From assembly GCA_963835575.1 (NCBI GenBank), contig CAWIGG010000002.1, forward strand, positions 1,600,001 to 1,664,000: 64,000 nucleotides of DNA, given 5' to 3'. Each line of letters starts with the position of its first letter. The first letter of the stretch is position 1. This document shows, in pieces, positions 1 to 8,965 of this stretch. Both the position numbers and the translations under genes were made by a program. This DNA comes from an uncultured Spirochaetota bacterium (GTDB lineage Bacteria > Spirochaetota > Brevinematia > Brevinematales > JAOACQ01). The notes below the pieces were generated by a model, which saw only the letters and a list, made by a program, of their open reading frames with translations, did not search any database and was not told where the DNA came from.

Positions 1-951
1 TCCGAGGCAAAAAACAGGCAGTACGCGCTGATATTCATGGATGTGAGAATGCCTCCCGGCATTAACGGGATTGAGGCTATTGAAAAAATCTGGAAAATAA
101 ATCCATTCATTGAAATCGTCATCTGCACCGCTTTTTCCGATTATACCTGGGAGGAAATAGTCAGAAAGGTCGGAAGCGCCGAGCGCCTTTTATTTGTAAA
201 AAAGCCTTTTAATTCGCTGGAAATAAAACAGGTGGTCCTTTCGCTTATATTAAAACGCAATATGAATGAAAAAGCACGTAATATGATCAAAAACATGGAA
301 AATGAAATGGAGGAAAGGACCAATCAGCTGCAGTCCATGATATCTGAATTGAAAAAAAGTTCCGACGATAAACAGAATAAAAATGCCGCGTCGGCAGAAC
401 TTTCGGAAAGGGACAGTTTGACCAGGCTCTATAACCTTTTTGTACTTCAGCAGCGCCTGCAGGAAATATTTGAAGCTTCCCGCCGCCATTCATTTCCCAT
501 CAGCGTGATGATCATTGATATTGATAATTTCAAAGAATTGAACGACACATACGGACATGATACCGGCAATGAAGTCCTCTTAAAAATCGCGGAGATTCTG
601 AAAGGCTCTCCCTATATCCCGGGCCAATCCTATGATGAGAAGGAAAATATAGGAGAGATCCGGAAATACGACATCGCCGGAAGGTATGGAAGCGATGAAT
701 TCGGAGTTGTATTACCATACTGTACAGAAGAATCGGCAAGAAAGATCGCCGAACGTCTATTGCAGAGAATTCAAACTATCAAACTCTCATCCGCACCGGA
801 AGCCGTCATCAGGGGAAATTGCGGTATCGCGGTCCTTAATAAGGATAAAGCCTGCCAGAACAGCAGGCAGATACTAAGCCTTGCCGACAAAGCGCTCTAT
901 TACGCCAAATCACAGGGTAAAAACCGCCTGCATGTCATAAAATTCGAATAG
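1..951 (+). CDS. Response-regulator receiver + GGDEF-domain protein (5'-truncated by the window edge)
   Basis: Receiver motifs (DVRMP, ICTA, VKKPF), a coiled coil, then DSLT...DIDNFK..ND.YGH. The signature reads GSDEF. The frame is open from base 1. Confidence 0.9.
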   Translation, partial: SEAKNRQYALIFMDVRMPPGINGIEAIEKIWKINPFIEIVICTAFSDYTWEEIVRKVGSAERLLFVKKPFNSLEIKQVVLSLILKRNMNEKARNMIKNMENEMEERTNQLQSMISELKKSSDDKQNKNAASAELSERDSLTRLYNLFVLQQRLQEIFEASRRHSFPISVMIIDIDNFKELNDTYGHDTGNEVLLKIAEILKGSPYIPGQSYDEKENIGEIRKYDIAGRYGSDEFGVVLPYCTEESARKIAERLLQRIQTIKLSSAPEAVIRGNCGIAVLNKDKACQNSRQILSLADKALYYAKSQGKNRLHVIKFE

Positions 952-1615
952 CTCCGTACTGACGGGAATAGGCGCTTATTTTCTCTCTTATCTCATCATT
1001 CAGAACAACTTTTCCATCAATAGGACGGTTATAAAGATATTCGACTATATCCTGAAGAGTGACGACCGAATATGCTTCCATTCCAAACTCATCCTTCACT
1101 TCCTGAAGGGCTGTCTTACTGCCGGTGCCTTTTTCCATCCTGTCAACCGAAACAACCAGGGCTTTAAGCGCAACATCCGCGATAGATTTTAAAAGCCGTA
1201 TGCTTTCCCTGACGGAAGTTCCCGCTGTTACAACATCCTCAATGATAACAATGCGGGTCCCGTCTTTCGGCCTGCAGCCGATAAGAATGCCTCCTTCGCC
1301 ATGGTCTTTCGCTTCTTTACGGTTAAAACAAAAACATTTGCTCTCATTATATTTTTGAAAAAGCGCTATGGATGCCGAAACGCAAAGCGGTATGCCTTTA
1401 TAGGCAGGCCCGAATAATATATCAAATTCGGCCCCAATCTGCTTCATAATGGAATCGGCATAAAACTCTCCCAGTTTTGCTATCTGCTCCCCATTTTTAT
1501 AATTTCCTGTATTAATAAAAAAAGGGGTTTTTCTTCCGCTCTTTGTTACAAAATCCCCGAATGTCAGAACATTCGACCTGACCATAAATTCCATAAAATC
1601 TTCTTTATAACCCAT
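935..1615 (-). CDS. pyrE: Orotate phosphoribosyltransferase
   Basis: KSGR, FGPAYKGIP, RKEAKDHGEGG and the PRPP-binding IIEDVVTAGTS motif. Confidence 0.95.
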   Translation of the reverse strand: MGYKEDFMEFMVRSNVLTFGDFVTKSGRKTPFFINTGNYKNGEQIAKLGEFYADSIMKQIGAEFDILFGPAYKGIPLCVSASIALFQKYNESKCFCFNRKEAKDHGEGGILIGCRPKDGTRIVIIEDVVTAGTSVRESIRLLKSIADVALKALVVSVDRMEKGTGSKTALQEVKDEFGMEAYSVVTLQDIVEYLYNRPIDGKVVLNDEIREKISAYSRQYGAIRIL

Positions 1616-1640
1616 AACCGCCTGCCGTTTAATTTATTTT

Positions 1641-2033
1641 AAGGCAGTTCTAAAAACTCATATTGGTTCGCCACATTCGACAAGCTCAGTGCATGTAAAC
1701 TCACCACAAGTTTTAGAACTGCCGACTTTGTTTTAGATCATGCAGCCGCTGAGTTCGCGCGGCGAACTCCTCGCGGCAGCATTATTTACAAAAACAAGGA
1801 ATTTATTATAATAGGGACAGTTCCAAAAAGTTAAGTTTTTTGGAACTGTCCTTCAATAATTATAAATTTATTTTTTTTATTAATCAAGTGCATTTCCAAT
1901 CCCTCACCAGTTTGTCAGGGTAAACCTGAGGAGCAATCAAACTGGTGAGGGATGGAAATGTCAAAAAAATATTACAGTTAGAGAACAAGATGTTCTTGGT
2001 TCTTGACTATTTTGTCGATTTTTAGAACTGCTC
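1641..2033. repeat. Mosaic of palindromic (REP/BIME-like) elements
   Basis: Inverted pairs GGCAGTTCTAAAA/TTTTAGAACTGCC (1643-1723), GGACAGTTCCAAAAA/TTTTTGGAACTGTCC (about 1815-1851), and a long hairpin CATTTCCAATCCCTCACCAGTTTG/CAAACTGGTGAGGGATGGAAATG (1891-1960). Confidence 0.8.
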
Positions 2034-2111
2034 TTAATTTTGAAGCTTCTATTAGACTTTTTACATTTCCCTGTATAAAATTTGAAGACAGTAATAATGG
2101 AGTAATTTGCA

Positions 2112-2797
2112 ATGCCGCTATTTCAATTAATTGATGAACTGATTTTTCCTCCGGTCGAACTTGCCGAAGTGGAAGGAATACTGGCCGTAGGCGGAGACCT
2201 TTCTCCTGAAAGGCTGATTCTGGCCTATCAATCGGGGATCTTTCCCTGGTATATGGGAGAGAGCCCGATCCGCGTTTCGTTCTTTTTCCCGAAGAACTCA
2301 TAATCCCGAAAAGCATGAACAGGGTTTTTAATAAACATGTTTTCAATTTCACATTCGACCGGCGTTTTGAAGAAGTCATCACATCCTGCAGCCTGCCGCG
2401 GAAAAAAGAAAGCAGCACATGGCTCGTCCCTGATATGATTGACGCCTATATCCGGCTTCATAAGCTCGGGTATGCCCATTCGGTCGAAGCCTGGCAGGGG
2501 GATATGCTCTCGGGCGGCCTGTACGGCGTATCTCTGGGCCGCTGCTTTTTCGGCGAATCGATGTTCACCCGCGTCAGCAACGCCTCAAAAGCGGCGCTGA
2601 TATTCCTGACAAGAAAATTAAAAGAACTGAATTTTATAATCATTGATTCTCAGATTCATACACCCCATCTTGAAAGAATCGGCGCACGGGAAATTCCCCG
2701 GATGGAATACCTTGAATATTTAAAAAAGGGGCTTAAATATAAAACCCTGGCCGGCAGCTGGCAGAATTTAATGATCAATAGTATGAATTGTGAATAA
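2112..2797 (+). pseudogene. aat: Leucyl/phenylalanyl-tRNA--protein transferase, frameshifted
   Basis: N-terminal [20 protein letters not shown] is in one frame. PDPRFVLFP...AHSVEAW...GGLYGV...FFGESMF is in another. The usual LWWS is missing at the junction (2264-2271). Confidence 0.85.
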
Positions 2798-3071
2798 CCC
2801 CGCTCTGCATTATTGTATATACGCCAATTGTTCAGCCCAGGTCACCTATTAAATCGAGGGAAACGGCGGCATGCTGATTCTGTTTTCTTACTTATGGCGA
2901 TCGTAGTTGAATCCATCGGCATCAGTAAAAAAGATTGCGATATTTATTTTTTTTAAACAAAAAATGATAGTCAATATTCTTTAATTGCAATAGATCTAAA
3001 ATATGTTTTTGCAAAATTTAAAATTGGATTTTATGTCTCTTTCCGGTTATAATATTCCACAGGAGGAAATA

Positions 3072-3374
3072 ATGCGGCAGAGCAATATCTCCAATCCGTT
3101 AACGACTGTTTTTCTCTATATTCTTTTCGGCGCGCTGCTCATTTCTTTTTTCATCGGTATGTTTCCCTTTATTATAATTCTTATAATCATAGCCGCCTGC
3201 GGCATAGGTTTTTCCTTTCTATACCAGTATATCAGATCTAAAATTAACAATCCGGAGAATCCCCATTCAAAATATGACGAACATGGAAGCAGGAAGATAA
3301 AGGCCTCCGTTATCGAAATGAAAGACCTCGGAAACAAAGAGAACAGAGAGTCTCAGGAAGAAACAAAAAAATGA
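3072..3374 (+). CDS. Small hypothetical membrane protein
   Basis: AGGAGG precedes ATG 3072. Two hydrophobic segments and a charged tail. Its stop overlaps the next start. Confidence 0.7.
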   Translation: MRQSNISNPLTTVFLYILFGALLISFFIGMFPFIIILIIIAACGIGFSFLYQYIRSKINNPENPHSKYDEHGSRKIKASVIEMKDLGNKENRESQEETKK

Positions 3375-4276
3375 AAAAACAGAAAGAAATCCCGATCCAG
3401 CAGATCATTTCAAAAGTCAAGCACCTGGAAATCCGCGCACGTAAAATCGTGCAGGACACTCTGTCAAGCGAATATCACAGCGTCTTCAAGGGAAGAGGCA
3501 TTGAATTCAACGAAGTACGGAATTACTTTCCCGGAGATGATGTCAGGGATATCGACTGGAATGTGACGGCCAGGATGAATGAACCATATGTTAAAACTTA
3601 TATTGAGGAACGCCAGCTGACCGTCATCTTTGCCGTGGATGTGAGCGCTTCAGGTTATTTCGGCAGCGGCAAATCAAAAAGGGAAATTATGGCGGAAGCC
3701 GTCGCCCTGCTCGGGTTCGCGTCTTTTTTTAATAATGACAAGGCGGGCCTTATCCTCTTTTCAGAAGATATCGAGAAGGTCATTCCGCCCAGAAAAAATT
3801 ATTCGCATCTCTTAAGGATCATACGGGACACATGGTATTACGAGGCAGGGCATAAAGGCACTTCTCTTACCCGTTCTTTCGGAAGCATACACAGCCTTCT
3901 CAAAAAAAAGGCCATCATCTTTATTCTCAGCGATTTTATGGACACAGGTTATGAAAAACCTCTCCTCGGACTGTCAAAAAAGCACGAAACCATCCCAATT
4001 GTCGCGAGCGACCCTCTGGAAGAAAAATTGAGCCTGCCGCTCACTTTAAAACAGCGTTTTCCTCTGCCTGTACTTTTTGATATAGAGGATATGGAAACGG
4101 AAAAACAAAAAACCATTGACCTTGAATCATCGCAGGCGACTGAAATAGAAAAATACCGTAAATATTATAGAAATATTTTCAAGAAGCTTTCTTTAGACTA
4201 TACGGAAATCAACAGCGAAATGGATTATTTTAAAAGAATTGAACTGATGCTCCGGAGAAGAATGCAGAAAAGATAA
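3371..4276 (+). CDS. DUF58 (MoxR-associated, vWA-like) protein
   Basis: G.EF.EVR.Y.PGDDVRDIDWNVTAR, DVSAS and ILSDF motifs. Confidence 0.9.
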   Translation: MKKQKEIPIQQIISKVKHLEIRARKIVQDTLSSEYHSVFKGRGIEFNEVRNYFPGDDVRDIDWNVTARMNEPYVKTYIEERQLTVIFAVDVSASGYFGSGKSKREIMAEAVALLGFASFFNNDKAGLILFSEDIEKVIPPRKNYSHLLRIIRDTWYYEAGHKGTSLTRSFGSIHSLLKKKAIIFILSDFMDTGYEKPLLGLSKKHETIPIVASDPLEEKLSLPLTLKQRFPLPVLFDIEDMETEKQKTIDLESSQATEIEKYRKYYRNIFKKLSLDYTEINSEMDYFKRIELMLRRRMQKR

Positions 4277-4282
4277 ATTATT

Positions 4283-5623
4283 TTAACCCCGCCCGTTGTT
4301 CATTTCCTTCAATATATCACCCTTGCCGATTGGGAAATACCGGAAACCCAGCTCTTTCATCTGGGCCGGATTAAAAATGTTTCTTCCGTCTACTATAACG
4401 GGCAGTTTTAATGTATTATAGATGTCTGAAGGCTTTATTTTTTTAAATTCTTCCCATTCCGTCAATATAACCAGCGCTTCGCAATTCTCAGCGGCTTTCA
4501 GCGGTGATTCCGCGTACTTTATATTCCCTGATTCAGGATATATCTTTTTAAAATTTTCCGCCGCCTCCGGATCATACAGCCTGACATTGACCTTTTTTCC
4601 TATAAGATCATGAACGATCTTAAGTGAAGGCGCCTCTCTGATATCATCCGTTTCCGGTTTGAAAGCAAGGCCCCATACAGCTATTTCTTTGTTTTTTAAA
4701 ATCCAGAGCTCCTGCTCCAGAACTGTAATAATCTTTTTAAAACGGACGAAATTAAATGTATCAGCCGCTTTCATCAATGAACTATCGACAAAATGCTCGT
4801 CCATCACTTTTATAAAGGCTTTTACATCTTTCGGAAAACAGCTTCCGCCGTAACCTATTCCAGCGTTCAGAAAAGCCCTTCCGATGCGTCCGTCAAAGCC
4901 AATCCCTTCTGCCACTTTTTCAATGTCGCCTTCTGTTTTTTCGCAAAGGTCGGCCACCATATTGATAAATGAGATCTTTAGAGCCAGGAAAGAATTGGAT
5001 GCGTATTTAATAATTTCAGCGCTTGAGGGGTCAACAAGGATTTTTTTCGTTTCAAAACATTCGTAAAGTTTGAGCATAATGTCCTTTGCGCGCTGCGTCT
5101 CTACACCAATTACAATCCGGTCCGGATTCATAAAATCGGGAATGGCCGAACCTTCCTTTAAAAATTCGGAATTGACAACAAAGTCAAAATGTGATTTTCC
5201 CTTATTATAAAGCTTTGTTATTGTTTCAAGATGTTTATGCGTGCCGACCGGAACGGTGCTTTTCTCCACAATGATTTTATAAGAATGGGGCGGAGCGTTT
5301 TCGGCTATATTTCTGACCGCGGTCTCAACCTGCGACAGGTCGGCAGAACCGTCGGGCATAGGAGGCGTGCCGACACAGATAAAAATAATGTCGGAGTTAT
5401 GCACCATCTCTTTAATATCCAGGGTAAAAGATATTTTCTTACTAGTAATATTCTTTTTCAGAAGCTTGTCCAGGCCCGGTTCATAGATAGGGGATTTTCC
5501 TTTTTTATAGGCCTCAATTTTACCTTCATCCACGTCAAAGCAGATTACCTGGTTCCCCACGTCTGCGAAACAGCAGCCGCTCACAATACCCACATAGCCG
5601 GTGCCGATTATCCCGATATTCAT
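4283..5623 (-). CDS. ugd: UDP-glucose 6-dehydrogenase
   Basis: GTGYVG, KSTVPVGT, GYGGSCFPKD and LAFKPETDD.R motifs. Confidence 0.93.
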   Translation of the reverse strand: MNIGIIGTGYVGIVSGCCFADVGNQVICFDVDEGKIEAYKKGKSPIYEPGLDKLLKKNITSKKISFTLDIKEMVHNSDIIFICVGTPPMPDGSADLSQVETAVRNIAENAPPHSYKIIVEKSTVPVGTHKHLETITKLYNKGKSHFDFVVNSEFLKEGSAIPDFMNPDRIVIGVETQRAKDIMLKLYECFETKKILVDPSSAEIIKYASNSFLALKISFINMVADLCEKTEGDIEKVAEGIGFDGRIGRAFLNAGIGYGGSCFPKDVKAFIKVMDEHFVDSSLMKAADTFNFVRFKKIITVLEQELWILKNKEIAVWGLAFKPETDDIREAPSLKIVHDLIGKKVNVRLYDPEAAENFKKIYPESGNIKYAESPLKAAENCEALVILTEWEEFKKIKPSDIYNTLKLPVIVDGRNIFNPAQMKELGFRYFPIGKGDILKEMNNGRG

Positions 5624-5636
5624 TTTTTATCCCCGT

Positions 5637-6803
5637 TTATTTAATTTCTTTCAGAAGATCCTTAACTTTATCGGTCCTTTCCCAGCTGAATCCTTCCCTG
5701 CCGAAATGCCCGTAAGCGGCCGTTGCCTGAAAAATAGGTTTCCTCAGGTCCAGCGTTTTTATAATGCCGGCCGGCGAAAGGTCAAATACCTTTTTCACCG
5801 CTTCTTCTATGGCTTTTTCTTCCACTTTTGCGGAATTGAAAGTCTCTACCATTACTGAAACCGGGAACGGAACGCCGATCGCATAAGCCACCTGCAGCTC
5901 GCATCTTTCACAGAGTCCGGCGGCGACAATATTCTTTGCCACATAACGGGCCATATAAGCCGCGCTTCTGTCAACCTTGGACGGGTCTTTCCCGCTGAAA
6001 GCCCCGCCGCCATGCCGGCCCATGCCGCCGTATGTATCGACAATGATCTTTCTGCCTGTCAGCCCTGAATCGCCATGAGGGCCGCCGATGACAAAACGGC
6101 CGGTGGGATTAATATAATATTTTGTATTCTTATCAAGCAAACCGGTCGGTTCAAGAATAGGCATGACAATCTGTTTTATAATCTCGCTCTTGAGATCGTT
6201 ATAACTGATTGAATCATCGTGCTGATGGGAGACGACAACCGTGTCAATCCGTACCGGTTTATTCCCTTCATATTCAATTGTCACCTGGCTCTTTGAATCC
6301 GGGCGGAGCCATTTGATTTTTCCTTCTTTTCGAAGCTCAGAGGCAAATTTTAAAATCTTATGAGCGTACATGATCGGGGCCGGCATGAGTTCCGGCGTCT
6401 CCCTGCAGGCAAAACCGAACATCATTCCCTGGTCGCCTGCGCCCTGCTGGCCTTTAAACTCTTCCAGCCCGGCGCCTGATACGCCCTGGGATATATCCGG
6501 AGACTGTGAATGTATTGTATTAAGCACCGCCATTGAATGACAGTCAAGGCCGTACTCGGGATTGTCATAACCGATTTTTTTTGCCGTGTCCCGTACAACA
6601 GTCTGAAAATCCACCTGCGCTTTCGTCGTGATCTCACCGCCGACCAGAACCATTCCCGTTGTCGTAAAAGTTTCGCAGGCGACGCGCGAATTCGGGTCCT
6701 GCGCCAGGCAGGCGTCAAGCACGCCGTCCGACACCTGGTCAGCAAGTTTATCCGGGTGGCCTTCGCTGACTGATTCCGATGTGAAAAGATATCTTCCAGC
6801 CAT
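5637..6803 (-). CDS. metK: S-adenosylmethionine synthetase
   Basis: [33 protein letters not shown] and GGGAFSGKD motifs. Start placed at ATG 6803 after AGGAG. Confidence 0.97.
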   Translation of the reverse strand: MAGRYLFTSESVSEGHPDKLADQVSDGVLDACLAQDPNSRVACETFTTTGMVLVGGEITTKAQVDFQTVVRDTAKKIGYDNPEYGLDCHSMAVLNTIHSQSPDISQGVSGAGLEEFKGQQGAGDQGMMFGFACRETPELMPAPIMYAHKILKFASELRKEGKIKWLRPDSKSQVTIEYEGNKPVRIDTVVVSHQHDDSISYNDLKSEIIKQIVMPILEPTGLLDKNTKYYINPTGRFVIGGPHGDSGLTGRKIIVDTYGGMGRHGGGAFSGKDPSKVDRSAAYMARYVAKNIVAAGLCERCELQVAYAIGVPFPVSVMVETFNSAKVEEKAIEEAVKKVFDLSPAGIIKTLDLRKPIFQATAAYGHFGREGFSWERTDKVKDLLKEIK

Positions 6804-6836
6804 TTCATTGCTCCTAAACAAAAAATAAGAATACTC

Positions 6837-6865
6837 ATTATAAAAAAGGCCTGGAATAAAATCAA
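6837..6865 (-). promoter_or_regulatory. Putative sigma70 promoter of metK
   Basis: Minus strand TTGATT-17 bp-TATAAT, about 30 bp upstream of the start. Confidence 0.5.
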
Positions 6866-6897
6866 TTATTTTTTGCTCTTTCATAATTTGATTGTTA

Positions 6898-8589
6898 CCT
6901 AAACTGAGCGATTCTTTTATTAATTCAAAAAATCGGCCTGTTAAACGGGTGGGGTTTTAGAAATTTTAAGGAGTGAGATATTACCCATCCAATTTAAAGT
7001 ACAAGACCCTTTAGAAAAGGTCCTTATTTGTTGAAATTTTAGTTTTGAGCGCAATACCCCCTTATCCGGTTTTTTAGCTTTAATAATTTATATTGGGACA
7101 ACGAACAGGCATTTGTCCCAAACTTTAAATAGCCCCAATTCGTCTATTACTTCATGCCCGAAATTTCAATACAATTTTTCTGCTTCTTCTTACGATCTTT
7201 CCGGCTATGTCAATAAAAAGCCGTCTTACAGTGTCCGGATAACTGCCAATTGGGAAGCTATCTGAAAGCGCGTCTTCCTGCATAGCAATCAATAAATTGC
7301 GGGATATCAGCATCAGAAAATAGTATGCGGCATTTGAGATAAACCTTTTGAAAGGGAGTGTTTCATCCGCAAACTCCTTCACGCTCCGATTTACCAATTC
7401 ATCCTTCGCCCTTAAGAGATAAAGTTCGATAATCTCTTTAGCCGCCAGGTATTTTTCCAGTCCTGCCTTTTTTAGTAATTCCTGATTATATAAATTTGTG
7501 TAAATTAAATTATCCGGTTTCGCAAAATCCAGAAGGTACTCATCTCCATTATTTGCCCTTTTACAGTAAATCGCCCGGCGGCCTTTGCTCCATTTCTCCC
7601 GTTTGTCTCTAAAATCACAATATTCCCAGACATCGCCTTTTCTCTCAAAATTGCTCCAGCCTTGCGGAAGCTTGCGGATCAAATCCAGTTTGATGTCGTT
7701 GTACATTGTACCGCCGCAGATATAGTAATGTCCGTTTTCTTCCATCCATTCATAGTATTTCTGATCATTGAACCCACTATCTGAAACAACAATAACCGGC
7801 ACGTCTTTATCGTATTCTTTACGGATCTTTCCGATGATTTTTTCAAGCGATTCGTTCAGGTCATTCCCGTGATTACAATGTGCGCTCCCTTCCCGAAACA
7901 GCGAATAAATCACATAAGGCCCCCAATAGAACAATAAAGGATGAAACCCTTTTACCATTTTATATGTCAGAGTTACGCCTTCCCGTTTTCGCGCGCTGTT
8001 ATTGTCTAATACCGTCGAATCAACACCAAGTACAATTACCTTTGGCCGGGTTATTTTGAGCCGCCAGATAAACAACTCCAGTAAAAAATGACCTAAAGCA
8101 TTCACCATTTTTTCCGTTACGGCGCCTAAGAACCGTTTCATTGTATGTGAGGATGCCATTTCATTCTTTGAGAACTCAATTGTCCCGGCATACCCCATAT
8201 TGTTTTTCAGATCGTCAAACCTCGTCATAGTATTTTGGCTTCCGTCAACGAAAAAGCAGAATATCTGCTTTAGTATATTCTCGATCTTTTGCCCTTTTGA
8301 ACTTTTCCGCAGGCCGTCAAATATTCCAGTAATCAGCGATAATACGTGTGTCCCTTTGAGGTATCTGCAAAAAAATGCCAATCCTCCCCTGCCGCTTAAT
8401 AGATCATCCGTTATTCCAATTTCAGAAATCTCATTTTTGCAATATTTATTTTTTTCAGCCATAATTAACCTGCTTTTGCACCCAATGGGTGTTTTTTCGG
8501 GGTAAGGATGGCGGCAACCATTTCCTTACCCCATTCTATTTTAGCATGGTTTTTTATAATTCGGCTAATAAAGAATCGCTCAGTTTAGG
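6898..8589 (-). mobile_element. IS1380-family insertion sequence
   Basis: Terminal IRs CCTAAACTGAGCGATTCTTT at both ends. 5-bp duplication TGTTA (6893-6897 and 8590-8594). Confidence 0.92.
7088..8462 (-). pseudogene. IS1380 transposase with a frameshift near the C-terminus
   Basis: DDE motifs (GVDST, GFHPL, SDSGF). The ORF stops at 7152. Removing one base of the CCC at 7157-7159 continues it as HEVIDELGLFKVWDKCLFVVPI to 7088. Confidence 0.75.
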
Positions 8590-8965
8590 TGTTAATACAA
8601 GCATTTATTTAAATAGATCACAATGGTATAGCCACGGAGCCACGGAGAACTGGGAAATATTTTTTTAATATCTAATTGTTTATCAATTCTTTATCTTTTT
8701 GAATAAAGGTAATTTTGAGAATAGAACGCGGAGGGAAATCCACGGAGATACGGAGGATAAAGAGGAAATCCAAATAATAGGAAATCCTCTGTGACCGGCG
8801 CCTGTCCCGGGCTTAGCGAGGGATGCCTCTGCGGCAGACATTACAAGAATTAAGATCCTTCTCCATCGTTTTGTGAAACACAATTCCCTCATTCCTTGAA
8901 TATATTCACTGTTTTCCTTAAACTTTTAGACTCATGAGTCTGATAAAATAAGGACCGATAAAAAG

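Noticed and set aside
6804..6897. SAM riboswitch, or IS1380-driven expression of metK
   Set aside because: A plausible promoter lies about 30 bp from the start, inside host DNA, leaving no room for a riboswitch.
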